Source: Sphagnum compactum (Eukaryota). From it: a stretch of DNA of 64,000 bases. Positions 51,430 to 63,505 of the stretch are shown piece by piece; positions within the stretch are counted from its first letter, which is position 1, and every line of letters starts with the position of its first letter. The position numbers and the translations under genes were made by a program. The stretch spans positions 992,001 to 1,056,000 of the forward strand of contig OZ234493.1 in NCBI GenBank assembly GCA_965153455.1, written 5' to 3'. A model generated the notes under the pieces. The model was not told where the DNA came from. It was given only the letters and a program-made list of their open reading frames with translations, and ran no database searches.

Positions 51430-52210
51430 GTGAACATGTAATTTGTTATGAATTTTTTTTATAACACCATTTTTTGTGCCTTGAAAAACATTAACCCCAT
51501 TTACCCAAAAACAAATGAGCTTTTGGGTAATTTGATCTCTTGGCAACCCCCCACCAATTGTTAATGCCTCCATAATGACCTTGGTAAAGTTATAACTACT
51601 TAAACCTTCAAGCATTTTGTCTAAAGAAATGAGAATTGAAATCCTTACCCAATTTTGCACCATGTAGTAGTGAATAGACAACCAAGATTGGTTATCAACT
51701 ATAGACACTTCATCACAATTTAGAGCAACATATCAAACAGCCCCCACTACTAATTGCCCTAGTTGCCTTCATCACTTCTTGATGCATGAATTCTGCCATT
51801 GTCCAACTAGAGTTATCAATCCAATGTTTCCTACTATTTTTTAACACTTGCAAGAATTAAAACAAATGCTTCAATGCTTCATATTCCAACATGGATGTCC
51901 TTGCTGTAACACAGTTGCAAATTGCATAAGTTTTCGTGCCTTTTTTCCAACAACACCTTTTGTAACTTGGGTATCAATAGATTCACGATTGCGAAAAACA
52001 AACAATTTATAATTCTTGGCATGCCTAGAATCCTTTGAATAATACCAATCCCCATTCTTCACATTAGTCACAATTTTTTTTAGCGTTTCTATGACTTGCA
52101 TGCTTATTGAAATAATCCCATTTAAGAAGCAACAACTTGTCCTACCCTTCCATTTCACTACAAATTTTGCATTTGACAATGTGCAAATTGCCATTTGACT
52201 ATACACAGAT
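51430..52210 (-). pseudogene. Second remnant of the 45550-46460 hAT-like transposase family, opposite strand
   Basis: ORFs 51871-52206 (GDWYYSKDSRHAKN...GVVGKKARK...GHP) and 51391-51708 (DNQSWLSIHYYMVQNWVRISILISL...IMEALTIGGGLP) align with the + strand copy. Confidence 0.75.
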
Positions 52211-52624
52211 TGTGGTCTGAACTCCTTTATTAATTAAGTTTGGTTAGGTCGATATTTTGATTCGTTTGCAACTTTTAAGGGGTATTATTGGGGTGTGATT
52301 AGAATGTGGAAGAAATAATGTCACATTAATATGACCACCTAATGCATTATTTTGGAGTGTTCAATTTTCATCAACATATAAAATTTAAATTCCAAACTTA
52401 ATATTAATGTCTTTATTCACGAACCCAGTTGAAATATCACTTACATCCTTTTAATTGAGGCCCAGGGGCTTGTAATTGTTGTCTTTACAATTGTTCATTA
52501 GGTCATGAACATGAGGTAGATGAAATATTGACTTATTTCCCATCAATTTTAGAATCGACTCATACATGTTCTTGTTTAAAGTTTGAAATAAATGCAATGC
52601 AATCTTTTCTTGTGGATTCATCGA

Positions 52625-53425
52625 GGGTGAAAGCACATTACAATGACCCCCTTTTGAGCACTTTTGGGTTTAATATTATAAGACATATGATATAATTGTT
52701 CCAAAAGTATGGTACATTTAATTTTGGGTATCAATCATCATTTTTGGGCGTTACAATTCTTTTAATGCAAAAATAATGTTATGTAATATTATTTGAAAAA
52801 TAATAATAGATTTCATTATCTATGTTGAAGGGTCATGGGTGTATTTATAGTATACATTAATATAATAATGTCATTGTCTCATTTTGACAACACTAATTTA
52901 AAGGTTTCATTAGGGATTAAAATGATCAATTTTAATGAAATTAAAAAATGGCCCATTTAGTTATGCTTGTCATTTTCCATTTGAATGTGATTATTTATCG
53001 AAATTTCAATTTACCACACATTTATCACATCTTTGTTGAAAAAACTCATTTTTCGATGTGAAAATTTTCAAATTAGTTACATGGTATCCGAACATGGTTC
53101 AAATTATGTGAAATGACATAGTTCATTCTTTCAACTTTCATGAAGATTAAAATTATTTAAATTGTTTTTGGATTATATTTGTGTTTTAGAATACACAAGT
53201 ACACTACATTTGTTTTCACAAATATACTCCAATCTCCCATTTTATAAAATGAAATGAAACCATTTCTTTTCTAATATCTTGATTAGGTTATATTCTAACA
53301 TAATATGCAAAAATATTGTGAACATCTTTCAAAATTTTGAGGTGAGATACACTCAAACATTCACATCCTTAGAAAGTAATATAATGTGATACCCCAAAGG
53401 GGGTCATTGTAGTGTGTTTTCACTC
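52625..53425. mobile_element. Non-autonomous GRG-terminated TIR element with 4-bp TSD (Sola-like)
   Basis: TCGA|GGGTGAAAGCACATTACAATGACCCCCTTT ... AAAGGGGGTCATTGTAGTGTGTTTTCACTC|TTGA, about 30-bp TIR. Confidence 0.8.
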
Positions 53426-55384
53426 TTGAGTATTCCCTGTAATGCCCATTCCAAAATGTGACCAATTTTTTTTAAATTATTTAGAAATTTCTCCCAATTA
53501 TCCTTGCACGTAGGCCCATTTTTCATATGTAAAAAAAAACTGACAATTTTAATAATGGTAGAATTTTTGTCCATTTTGTAATCGTCATTTCAAATTGGTT
53601 TCATGGATCAATTTTTCAAAAAATAATAACATGTTTTTCCCTTTTGGTTTTCATGAAGGCCATAATCCCACCATGCTCCTAGTTTGATTATAGTGGTTTT
53701 TTTTAATGCACTTCAACACATTTTTGAATCAAAACTTTGGTTGACAAATGTTTTCTTACTTTTTTTTTTTCCTTTCTTTGTTTATTTTTCAATGTTGATA
53801 TTTGGATTTGCATAGAAGTGTATATTAAAAAATTGATAAAACATTGCATTAAAATTCAAGTACAATAGAGTGCACGCAACATCATGCATACCTTTTCTAG
53901 GTTGGTCCATACAATTGTTGAACTTTGAAATTGATCCACCAAATTGATAAATCCTCTAAAATATAGTAGAACTTTTAGGTTTTAAGATGCACATGCACAT
54001 TAATTATTTTGCATTCATAGAACAGATGAGGAAGATCGACCATGGTAGTGCATGTTGAAGGAATCATAATAGGTTGTGTAACATGGATTTATAGGGTCAT
54101 TTTGGGACTTCCTACATAACACAAATTGTTTTGGTTGAAATCTATGTGTTCATGAGATATTTTGATGTCAAACATTGAACTTACCTACTAACATTGGGCA
54201 CCAATGAGAATTCATTTTGTTTATTACTTACCATGTTCTATGTGAATAGTGTTCCTTCCACCTAGTCTACAACAATGACTTAAACATTAGGTGTAACAAC
54301 CCAAGAGTCTTGAAATTTCATGGTTGCATCATAATTTTTTCTCTTAATTCCTAACTTAAACTAAGCAGTAGGCAGACCTTTTTAAGGGGGGGGGGGTACT
54401 AAACTCTTTGAAGGACATAAAAAAATCTTCATCATCTTGATTTGAAAGATTAAAACTCCCATGAAAAAATAATGGAAGATGGAAGAGAAACATGAGATGA
54501 AAAAACACCATTATGGTCATCAATTACAAGGTCCATCCATAGCAGTTGGGTTCCTACTAAAATAAAAAAACTTGAATTTGTAAGACTATGGTAGTTGAAA
54601 AGGCATTATCAAACCCTAAACTAGATTTTGGACTTTTTATGACACCCTAAATTGCACCTCCAAACTCTGGAGATTCAAAAATGAAAACATAATGAAACAA
54701 TAGAAACCTAAAGATAAATAAAACTCTTGATTTTGTAAGAAAATGAAAATGCACATTAGATCCATGGATTTATACACTTCAGAAACTAGGAAACATGTTG
54801 TAGCATATGACATAGGGGTTGGGTCAAGAATGCTAACCCTTTAAGGTGCATGAAACAAAATTAAATAGCAAAATCATTATATCCAAATGAGAAGCAAATA
54901 TTTCCCATGTTCTGTAAGACAATGCCAATTCATAATACCAAGCTACGAACATACAATAAAGGTTACAAGTAGAAACATATGAAAAAAATGGGGGGGAGTT
55001 CAGAATGTTAACCTTTGAAAAAATTGCAAAATGTAGTTTCAACAGAATCAACATCTTGATTCTTTACCCTTACATAACCTAAACTTGATTACGCAAGAAG
55101 ATGTAGATTCACATAAAAATTCCACAAAAGAAGCTACTGCTTCAAAAAATAAGTTGCAATAAAAAACACTAAAGGGGGGGGGGGGGTCCAAAATGTTAAC
55201 CTTTCAAAAAAATTGTAAAATTCTCTACATAGTTTTGGTAGAATCAGCACATCATAATCCCATTCACTACAATAGACCAACAAAAAATACTAAAGTTAAA
55301 TTTTTTATATGAAGGTCCAATCATCAAAAGTACTACTCGCCTTGGGATTTTGTAAGATTGTGAATTGTGATGCACATGAACCCT

Positions 55385-55590
55385 GGAACGTTTCATCGAA
55401 CAATAGTGCAATCGTCAAACATCAGTGCATCTCATCAAACAATAATGCATTTCACCAAATAACAGATTATTATGCTAAATCGAGTAGCAGTGCACTTCGT
55501 CGAACAACAATACATCCTATTGAACAATAGCACATTGTGCCAAATCGAACAATAACACATCTCGTTGAGTAGCAAAGCATTGCGCCAAAC
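55385..55590. repeat. Degenerate about 20-bp minisatellite
   Basis: Repeated variants of TGCATTTCGTCGAACAATAG. Confidence 0.55.
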
Positions 55591-56250
55591 CAATTTGTAA
55601 CCATTAACCAACAACCACTAAATGGTTATTGTCCACAACACACAACACCACACAATGAGTCACAACAGTCCTGTATCCTACAAATTACAATGAAATGCAT
55701 AAGTGTTCTAAAATTCCTGTCTAGGAATAGCAACATCATTCCAACAAATCGATTTGAAACCTGTAATTGCCAACCAATAAAATTGTGCATTGCCATACAA
55801 TATGACGCGCTCCTTGGTCCCGGGGTGAACCCACTTGAGGGTTCACTAATGTGAAGTTGCGGAAAGTTGGGACCGAAGGGCACGCTCTCGACTTCCAACT
55901 CTAGAAAGGGGTAGAGGGTCAAGTTGGAAGCCCCGGGATTAAACTAGGAAGAGGGACTAGCTTAGCTTGTGTGAATCTGCATCCAAAAACCAACCACAAG
56001 AGGTTAGTTTAGCATTCAGGACACCCTTGGGTGTTGGGACAAGCCACGGGCACTTGGACACACAAGACTCACCACGGCCCGGACTCAAGGGAAGCCACCA
56101 CCTTCCCCCTTTTAGTATTCTCTACAGCTCGCCACATACTCTGCGGCTTGCCGCAGAAAACGGCGTTCGCTCTCGGTGCACGTATCAGAGAGGAACGTAG
56201 CTCTAGACCCTGAATGTCAGATTTCTTGATGTTTTCTTGAGCGCTTTTTG

Positions 56251-59154
56251 ATGGTGAAGATGAATATCCACTCAGAGTTGGAAGATCTTCAAATCTCCAA
56301 GCTCAATGAGTTCTTTCTCGTCGCTGATAGAATACGGAAGGCGGGCCGCAGCGCGCGGCAAGGGTTTGGAAAATTCAAAAGCAAAACGAACCCTAACGGT
56401 GGCGGCGCTCACCTCTTCGTTCCATCAAGCGACAAGAATATTCCTCCCACCAACGAATCATTCACTTCAGCTGCTCCGCCAGTGTTGTGTTTTCGCGCTC
56501 CTCTCTCTGAACCAAGCGATTCTCCTCATGGAATTTTGCTAAGCAAAGATGAGAGAAAAGTGATCCGAGCACCGGAAGTCCCGGCCGCACCCAGTAGCTC
56601 GACAAGATGTTCCGATCCAGCTCGGAGAGCGCAAGCAACCTCAGAAAGGAGCGATGGAGGAGCTCGAGAAGGTCACCGCCATTGGTCACCTCCGGAGATC
56701 CTCCTCCCGGACATCCCGACGCAAGCTTCTTTGGGCGCGGACGAGGCATTAGGCAAATCCTCTACTCCCCAAGTACTCTCCTCTCAATCCCCCATACTCC
56801 CTCGTTTCTCAGAATCCGTTTTTGCGCTCGTTGTGGAAAAACTGGATCAGGGAAACCGGGGAGCCACCGCCGCAAGGCAAGTGGCAAGAGAGGATACCTC
56901 GGCAGCTCGAGCGAAGGATCCAATCGAGAAGAACAACAAAAGAGCATCGAGAAAGAAGCCGAGCTCTCACACAACGGCTCCTCCTCCAAATCCGACTCTG
57001 ATCGTGCACGCAAGCAGCGGACCAGGAAAAACTTCTCCCATGAGAGAAGAAACCCAAGGCCCATCGCCGGTGGACTACAGCTTGGAGCTCGAGGCGGAAT
57101 TCCCGAAAGAAATGGTGGTCGAGATGCAAGGAAACGCGGCAAGGAAGGCACACAGGACCGTCATTGGACAAATGTTGGGAGGAAGAGCGTCCTTCAAGGA
57201 ACTCCACGAGTGCCTGAAGCTCCACCTCCCGGCTACTTACAGCTCAACAACGCTCTTAACAAGAGGTTTCTTCTTGATCTACTTTGAGAACGAAGACGGA
57301 GCCACCCAAGCCAGGAAGCTCGCGTCCGTGGAGTGGAACGGACTCAGCATATCGTTCTCAAGATATAATCCAAACTTCGACGTTAACGCCTAAGGAGCGG
57401 AAGCGCTCTTCACGTACACAATCAAGGTACAGTTCCCGGACTTGCACGAGCAGTTCAGAAATGAAAAAGCGCTCACCATAATGGCGAGCAAGCTTGGAGA
57501 GGTGTTCGACATAGAAGCACCTGACTCCTACATGAAGAGGCCCGCCGGACCAATGGTCACGATCGAGGTAAGAGACATCGCCAAGCTGGCGGGTTATATC
57601 AAGATTCCATCCATCGCGGAGGGAGCCTCAACCACGGATATGATCCGCTAAAGCATTCTATACTCAGGCCTCCCGAATCAATGCCGAAAATGCCGAAGGT
57701 TCTGACATCAAGCCCGAACGTGCAACATCGCAAGAAGCAAAGCGCAGGCAGGAGCGACACAGCACAACTCCTACCCAAGCGTGACAGATGGCGGATAGCC
57801 AAGTGAGCGCCAAGCACTCTGAAAAGTGGCACGCGAGAGAGCGCAAGGCCCCACACCGGCACCGACATCGGCACACGTTCCGCAAACCTTGGGAAGATCC
57901 CAAGAGCGTGCAGAAATCAGGAATCCGTGGAATCATACCACGGCCCCACCTCCACCGACAGATTTGCCACGGACCCACTAAAGCAATCAGGCATCTGGCA
58001 CACGCCATCGGAACTCAATGACCGAAGCTCAGACGGACCTGAGAATGTCAGAATCCCCGACATCTATAAGACGGGCAGAGGGCGAGACTCGGGCGGAAAT
58101 CAAAAATCCACCGGAGGAAGCCACGACACCCAAAAACAAACTCTCCTTCGGGCTACCCGGGCTCAACGATGCACAAGTTCAGAAGACGGGAGCCAACACA
58201 AACCCTTTTGCCAGCTCGAAGGAAGAGAACCAAAGGGCGGACCGGAGCACCAAGCCTCAAGAGGACGAGTTGGAAGGATGGTCCTTCCAAGGACGAAGGA
58301 AGCATGCCCCCAAACTCGCTTCACCCAGGCCGGAAACGCAATAAACTTTGCCTCGTACCCCTCAGCAAGACACAACGCCGGGAGGCAAAAGATCCTAGCC
58401 ACACTCAGAGGTACACCCCTCCTTTTTCTCCTCACTTGGCATGTTAATTCCAACCAATGGCGAACCCTTTAGAGCCAGAATCTGGCCGGTTCTGGTTAGG
58501 GAGAAGAACGCTCAGAAAGAGACATTGGTGCACTCCAAGAACCAGAACCGACCAAGCCTCCCGATCAGCATGAGAATCACGGGATCATCCGAGGTCATTT
58601 GGACTCAAGACTCGGCTTGGGCGGACCTTATCCAACGACTGGAAACGGAGTTGGAAGAGAAAGTTCTAAGATACAGGTTGACGCTTCGAGACCGGCCTCA
58701 GCTCGAATGGAGCTGGCAAAAAGAGTCAAGTAGAGGTGGGATGGAATGCACTATTCTAGCCCACATCGACTCCGGATCCAACGCCCTCAGCGTCCAAAAT
58801 AAACGCCACTTGCATTGGAAAGCCCTGGATAGCACCCAAGGAATGAGCAATGAGATGGACTTCTCAGCTCATGCACACAATTTGCTGATGAAGGCTGAAG
58901 CGACGATCTCGGAGCATCAGGAAATCAAAAATCGCTCAGCCAGCATTCAAGCATTACCCCAGGCGGCGAGAAAGAAGCGCTACACTAAGCTCAACCTCAA
59001 CTTCATGGACCCGCCGCGGGTGGACAACGACGGCCACGGTAATCCGGACCAAGAAAAAGAAGACGGCTCCCAAGAGAGCCTAGAAAAAGACGCATCAAAA
59101 GAACCGGGATCGATCGGCCCCAAGGCCGCCCGAAATCGTCTCACATATGTTTGA
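56251..59154 (+). pseudogene. LINE ORF1 (about 967 aa): DUF4283/RRM-like region plus zinc knuckle plus long C-terminal extension
   Basis: One reading frame throughout with at least 8 in-frame stops. Contains TLLTRGFFLIYFE, IMASKLGEV and YSGLPNQCRKCRRF*HQARTC. Confidence 0.85.
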
Positions 59155-62100
59155 AAGACCTCTCACGATGGCCTCCCTCAACGTCAGGGGGCTGAGGGGG
59201 GACTCCCCCAAACCGAAGGAGATCAAGGCATGGATCGCCGCGCTCTCCTCCCCCCCTCAAGTCCTTCTAATCCAAGAGCATCATCTAGGAAAAGAAGGCA
59301 TCCAGAAAGTTGCAAAGGGGCTAGAGTTCTGGAAAGGTACCGCGTTGTGGAATGAGGGCATCCCCATGGGACGCTCGCAAAGAATTAGTGCCGGGACGGC
59401 AATTCTAGTTGATAGAGCGACCTCCCCGCTAATCAAAGACCATGGCACAATAATGGAAGGACGCGCCCAATACGTCTCGCTCCAATCTCCAGAGGGGGGA
59501 ACCCTAACCATAATCAACGTCTACGCTCAGCGCTCCTCAAATGATAGGGCCCCTCTTTGGCGAAGCATCACTCAGGCGGACTTCACAGCGGACCATGTAG
59601 TAGTTGGAGGAGACTTCAACCACCTTGAAGAAACCACTCGACGGGGAGTATTCGGCGAGAGGCAAATTCATAGGCGCGAAGCTGCCTCATGGCACCAAAT
59701 GACATTACGCTATGGCCTGGCGGATGCCTGGAAGCTGGACAGCTTTAGGAAGATGTCAAAGAAGAACTTCACCTTTGACAATGGCAGATCCGGAGCCTTC
59801 TCGGCTGTGTCCAGGATAGACAAATTCCTAGTATCTCAGGACATAGAGGAGAGAAGGGGCAGAATAGAGGCCGCGGCCTCCATTAGGAAGCTCTCAGACC
59901 ATTCTCCGCTCATAATCACATTTTGGGGCCTCCATCCCCCTATAACCAACCCTTCGCGCTTCTTTGATGCAACCTTGCTAAGCGAGGAGGATCACAAAAC
60001 CGAGCTGTTAAACGCTTGGTCCGGTGATTCGTCGCACCCCACCAACGGTCGGGACTGGGCAGAATGGCTTGAGGCGGCAATGAAGACAGTAAACCAATGC
60101 AACGCGCGCTTGGCGAAAGAAAAAAGACGTGCCCACGGGACACGTGTCAGGACGTGCGCAAAGAAGATCTAGCTGGCGGAAATAGAGCTACAAAAAGATC
60201 CCACCAACGTGGAAGTAAAAGGCATACTATCGGATGCCCAAGGGAAGCTGGCGGAAATCTTCCAAGCATCCATGGTGCGCAACCGGCACCTCACCTCAGC
60301 CACTTGACTCAGGTACGGTGACACGTGCTCTAAAACCTTCTTTGATTTCCATCGCATAGGAACAAAGAAAACCTTGATGAGGGAACTAGTATCAGACATG
60401 GGTACCATAATCGGTCAACTAGACCTCACCCACCACGTCACAAACTTCTACTCTCGGCTTTACACCTCGGAAGCCAGCAACGCCGGCACCGCCGAGGCCC
60501 AGGAGACGTGCTGGCAAAGCGTCCCAAACAAGGTCTCAGAAGGTGTGAACGCAAGACTGATAAGTCGACTCACCCTAGAGGAGGTGCACAGGGCCATCCG
60601 AGCCTTGCCGAAAGGCAAAGCGCTGGGTCACGATGGCATACCCATGGAATTTTTCCATGAATGTGAACAAAAGATCGCACCGGACCTCTTGCAAGCATTC
60701 ACGGCAATGCTCAACGAGGGTGCCACCTCACCTTTCATCAACAAATGAGTCATCACTTTTATTCCGAAATCTGGGGACCGCTCCAGACTCAACAACTGGA
60801 GGCCTATAACGCTCCTTGGCAGCGTATACAAAATTCTGGCCAAGATTCTCGCCGGAAGACTCCAAGCGGCCCTCCCGAACATCATCAGACCCAACCAAAC
60901 TGGCTTTGTGGAATGGAGATCAATCCTAGACAACGTCTTCATGCCGCAAGAGGCGCTAGGCTGGGCTGAAGAAAGCAACCAAGATCTAGTTCTCCTTTTG
61001 CTAGACTTTGAGAAAGCATTCAACCGGATCGAATGGAACTTTTTGTTCACCGCACTAGAAAAGCTCGGATTCGACGACACTTGGATCCGCTGGGTGAAAT
61101 CGCTCTACAAAGAGGCAACATCATCCATCAAGATGAATGGAGAGCTAGGGCCGGTCTTCCAGCTGGCCAAATCAGTTAGACAAGGATGCCCCTTGGCACC
61201 CTATCTATTTATTCTTGCCACGGACGTGTTGGGTTACTTGTTGGCCGACCCCAGGTATGAGGTAGAAGGCCTCTCCCTCCCGAAAGGCGGCCTCATCAGA
61301 GACCAGACCTTCGCGGATGATACGGCTCTCTATCTAAAAGGGACTCCCGCCAATTTAGACAAGGCTCCAAGGGTACTTAAGGTATTCAGCTCGGCATCAG
61401 GCGCGAAAGTAAATTGGCATAAGTCGGCGGCCATTTGGGCAAGCAAGAATGCTCGGACCTGGCAATGAGGAACCGACGTAGGACTCAAATGGGTCCCGGA
61501 CGGGGAAGGTATTAGATACCTCGGAGTACAAGTAGGCTCCCATCTCCCTCCAGAGGCGAATTTCGACAAGATGATGGCGGCCCTAAAAAGCAAATTAATA
61601 AATTGGAGTCATAACCAACTGTCCCTGGCCGGAAGGATCTTGGTTGCCAACCAGGTCCTCCTGGCCTCTATGTGGTACATTGCCGCGTGTTGGAACCCCA
61701 ACCCACGCATGACCACGCAGATTAGAGGGGTAGTCAAGAACTTCATATGGGGGGGAAAGGACGCGCCAGCATGCGCCAAAGTCAAATGGGACACTTTGAC
61801 GCTCCCGACCACCCAAGGGGGGCTCGGGATCATTGATCCAAAAGCTCAATCCGAGGCCCTCTTGGCCAAACTGCTGATCAAAAGGCTCTCCCCGGGAGGA
61901 GAGCCTTGGAAAAAACTCATCCGACACAAGGCCGACCAAATACGGCTCCCCGTCCACAGCAAGGGACCCAACATTCCGGACGTCAATTGGATCTTCGTCG
62001 CGCCAAAGGTTAAAAGGATTCCGTGCTCAATATGGAAGAGTATAATTGGAGCTTGGATGAAAGTGAGGTCCGGACTAAGCAAGGCAGAACCGTCCAACAT

Positions 62101-63505
62101 CGTGAAAATTTACAGGCAACCAATATTCGGCAACCCTTTAATTCTAAGCGAAAGCGGAATTCCGCTAGGCCTCGGGGGATGGAGGGACGGGAGCGCCTTT
62201 GCGAGAGCCGGCTGCTCCCGAACAAAGGATCTCTGGAACCAGAGAGCTCAAACCTGGAAAAGCCTCGGAGAGCTCGGAATGAGCTATCATACTTCGAACA
62301 GACAATGTAAAGAAGCGATCATCGCCAGCATCCCTTGGCGGCTGGACGAAAGCCCCAACACTCCGAAGGAAGGAGACTAGATAAGCAACCCCTCCCCCTC
62401 CTCAGGAGCTCCCCTCGACTGGATCTATTTCGTGCTCAACGCATCCCGGGGCCAAGCCAAAGTCATCGAATTCAAAAGAAACGCCCACAACGGACGAATT
62501 CAAGCCTCCACTGACCAGGTGATCACCATCGCCACTGGCAACCTTCTTCCGGTCAGAATCCTAGAGCAAGAAAACCACGGGGCTTCCTTCAAAATCGCCA
62601 AGGAGCTAAAGACACCTAGCAAGAAGACCCCAATCTTCTGGATTTTCGAGACCGGCTTTATCCAAGATCTTCCCTGGGATCCGAGGGAATGGCATTGGCG
62701 GACCTCCTCGCCGCTAGGAGATGCGCCCTTCTTCGGATACACCGCCAAAAGAGGATACATCAACGCGCGGAGCTCCTCACACACCCCGCACATGATCACC
62801 TTCATCCAAAGCCTCAACCTTCGGAACACCTCAACCCAGCAAGCCATTGCCAGAATTTGGCACAGCGCTCGCCCAAGGAAAGTGAGCACCCTCATATGGC
62901 TCACCCTCAACCAAGGCTTACCAGTCGGCTCATGGCTCAAAATCATGGGGCTCCCCCCTCATTGCAAAGTTTGCAACTCGGGCGCTGAAGAGACCCCGCA
63001 GCACTGCTTCCTTGACTGCCCAAGAGCCCAAACCGCTTGGAAAGCTTATAAACGAATCTGGGCCGAGTGGAATTCCGTCCAGAACTTCGCTACTACCTGG
63101 CCTTTTGTGCTCCTCGGGGAAATTATCGCGGAACACGAAGATGACCCCCCCGGCCTCCTCGCGTACCACACCGGAGGCTTCACTTATCTCCGCCAACCTT
63201 TAGACATCCTTCGTAGTTTCATCCTCTACCACCTTTGGTCGGAAAGATGTAGGAAACACTTCGATGATCAATACTCTTTTCGCAAAGTCCTGATTAATGC
63301 CTAGGTGGCGACGGTGGAGGTCAGTATGGCCACCTGGAAGGCCATTAGATCTCACCGTCCGGCCAAGGACCGAGATATTCAGAGTAGAATTGAGCTTGCC
63401 TTTAGAAAAGTATGGCTGCATAAGAACATTCTCGGGACGGATAATGCCACCATTAGGTGGCACTACCTCCCCCCCTTGTACTTCCTTATTTACTCTAATG
63501 TTTGA
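59147..63505 (+). pseudogene. LINE ORF2 (about 1452 aa): APE endonuclease, reverse transcriptase, zf-RVT
   Basis: One frame with 6 in-frame stops. EN motifs SLNVRGL, IQEH, GDFN, SRID and SDH. RT motifs WRPITLL, LDFEKAF, RQGCPLAP, FADD and RYLG. C-terminal CKVC...ETPQHCFLDC. Confidence 0.93.

Larger units (their letters stand above)
46470..51430 (+). pseudogene. C-terminal hAT transposase remnant related to 17100-17990, split by the CACTA pair
   Basis: 46780-46927 (HNMLLIMLNPRFKD...GQEQ...FSMFLK*HH) continues at 50959 (LH...ELMNREL*IFRQYQVDAKDI...ILGIVGSQIEIE), collinear with ORF 17319-17789. Confidence 0.75.
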
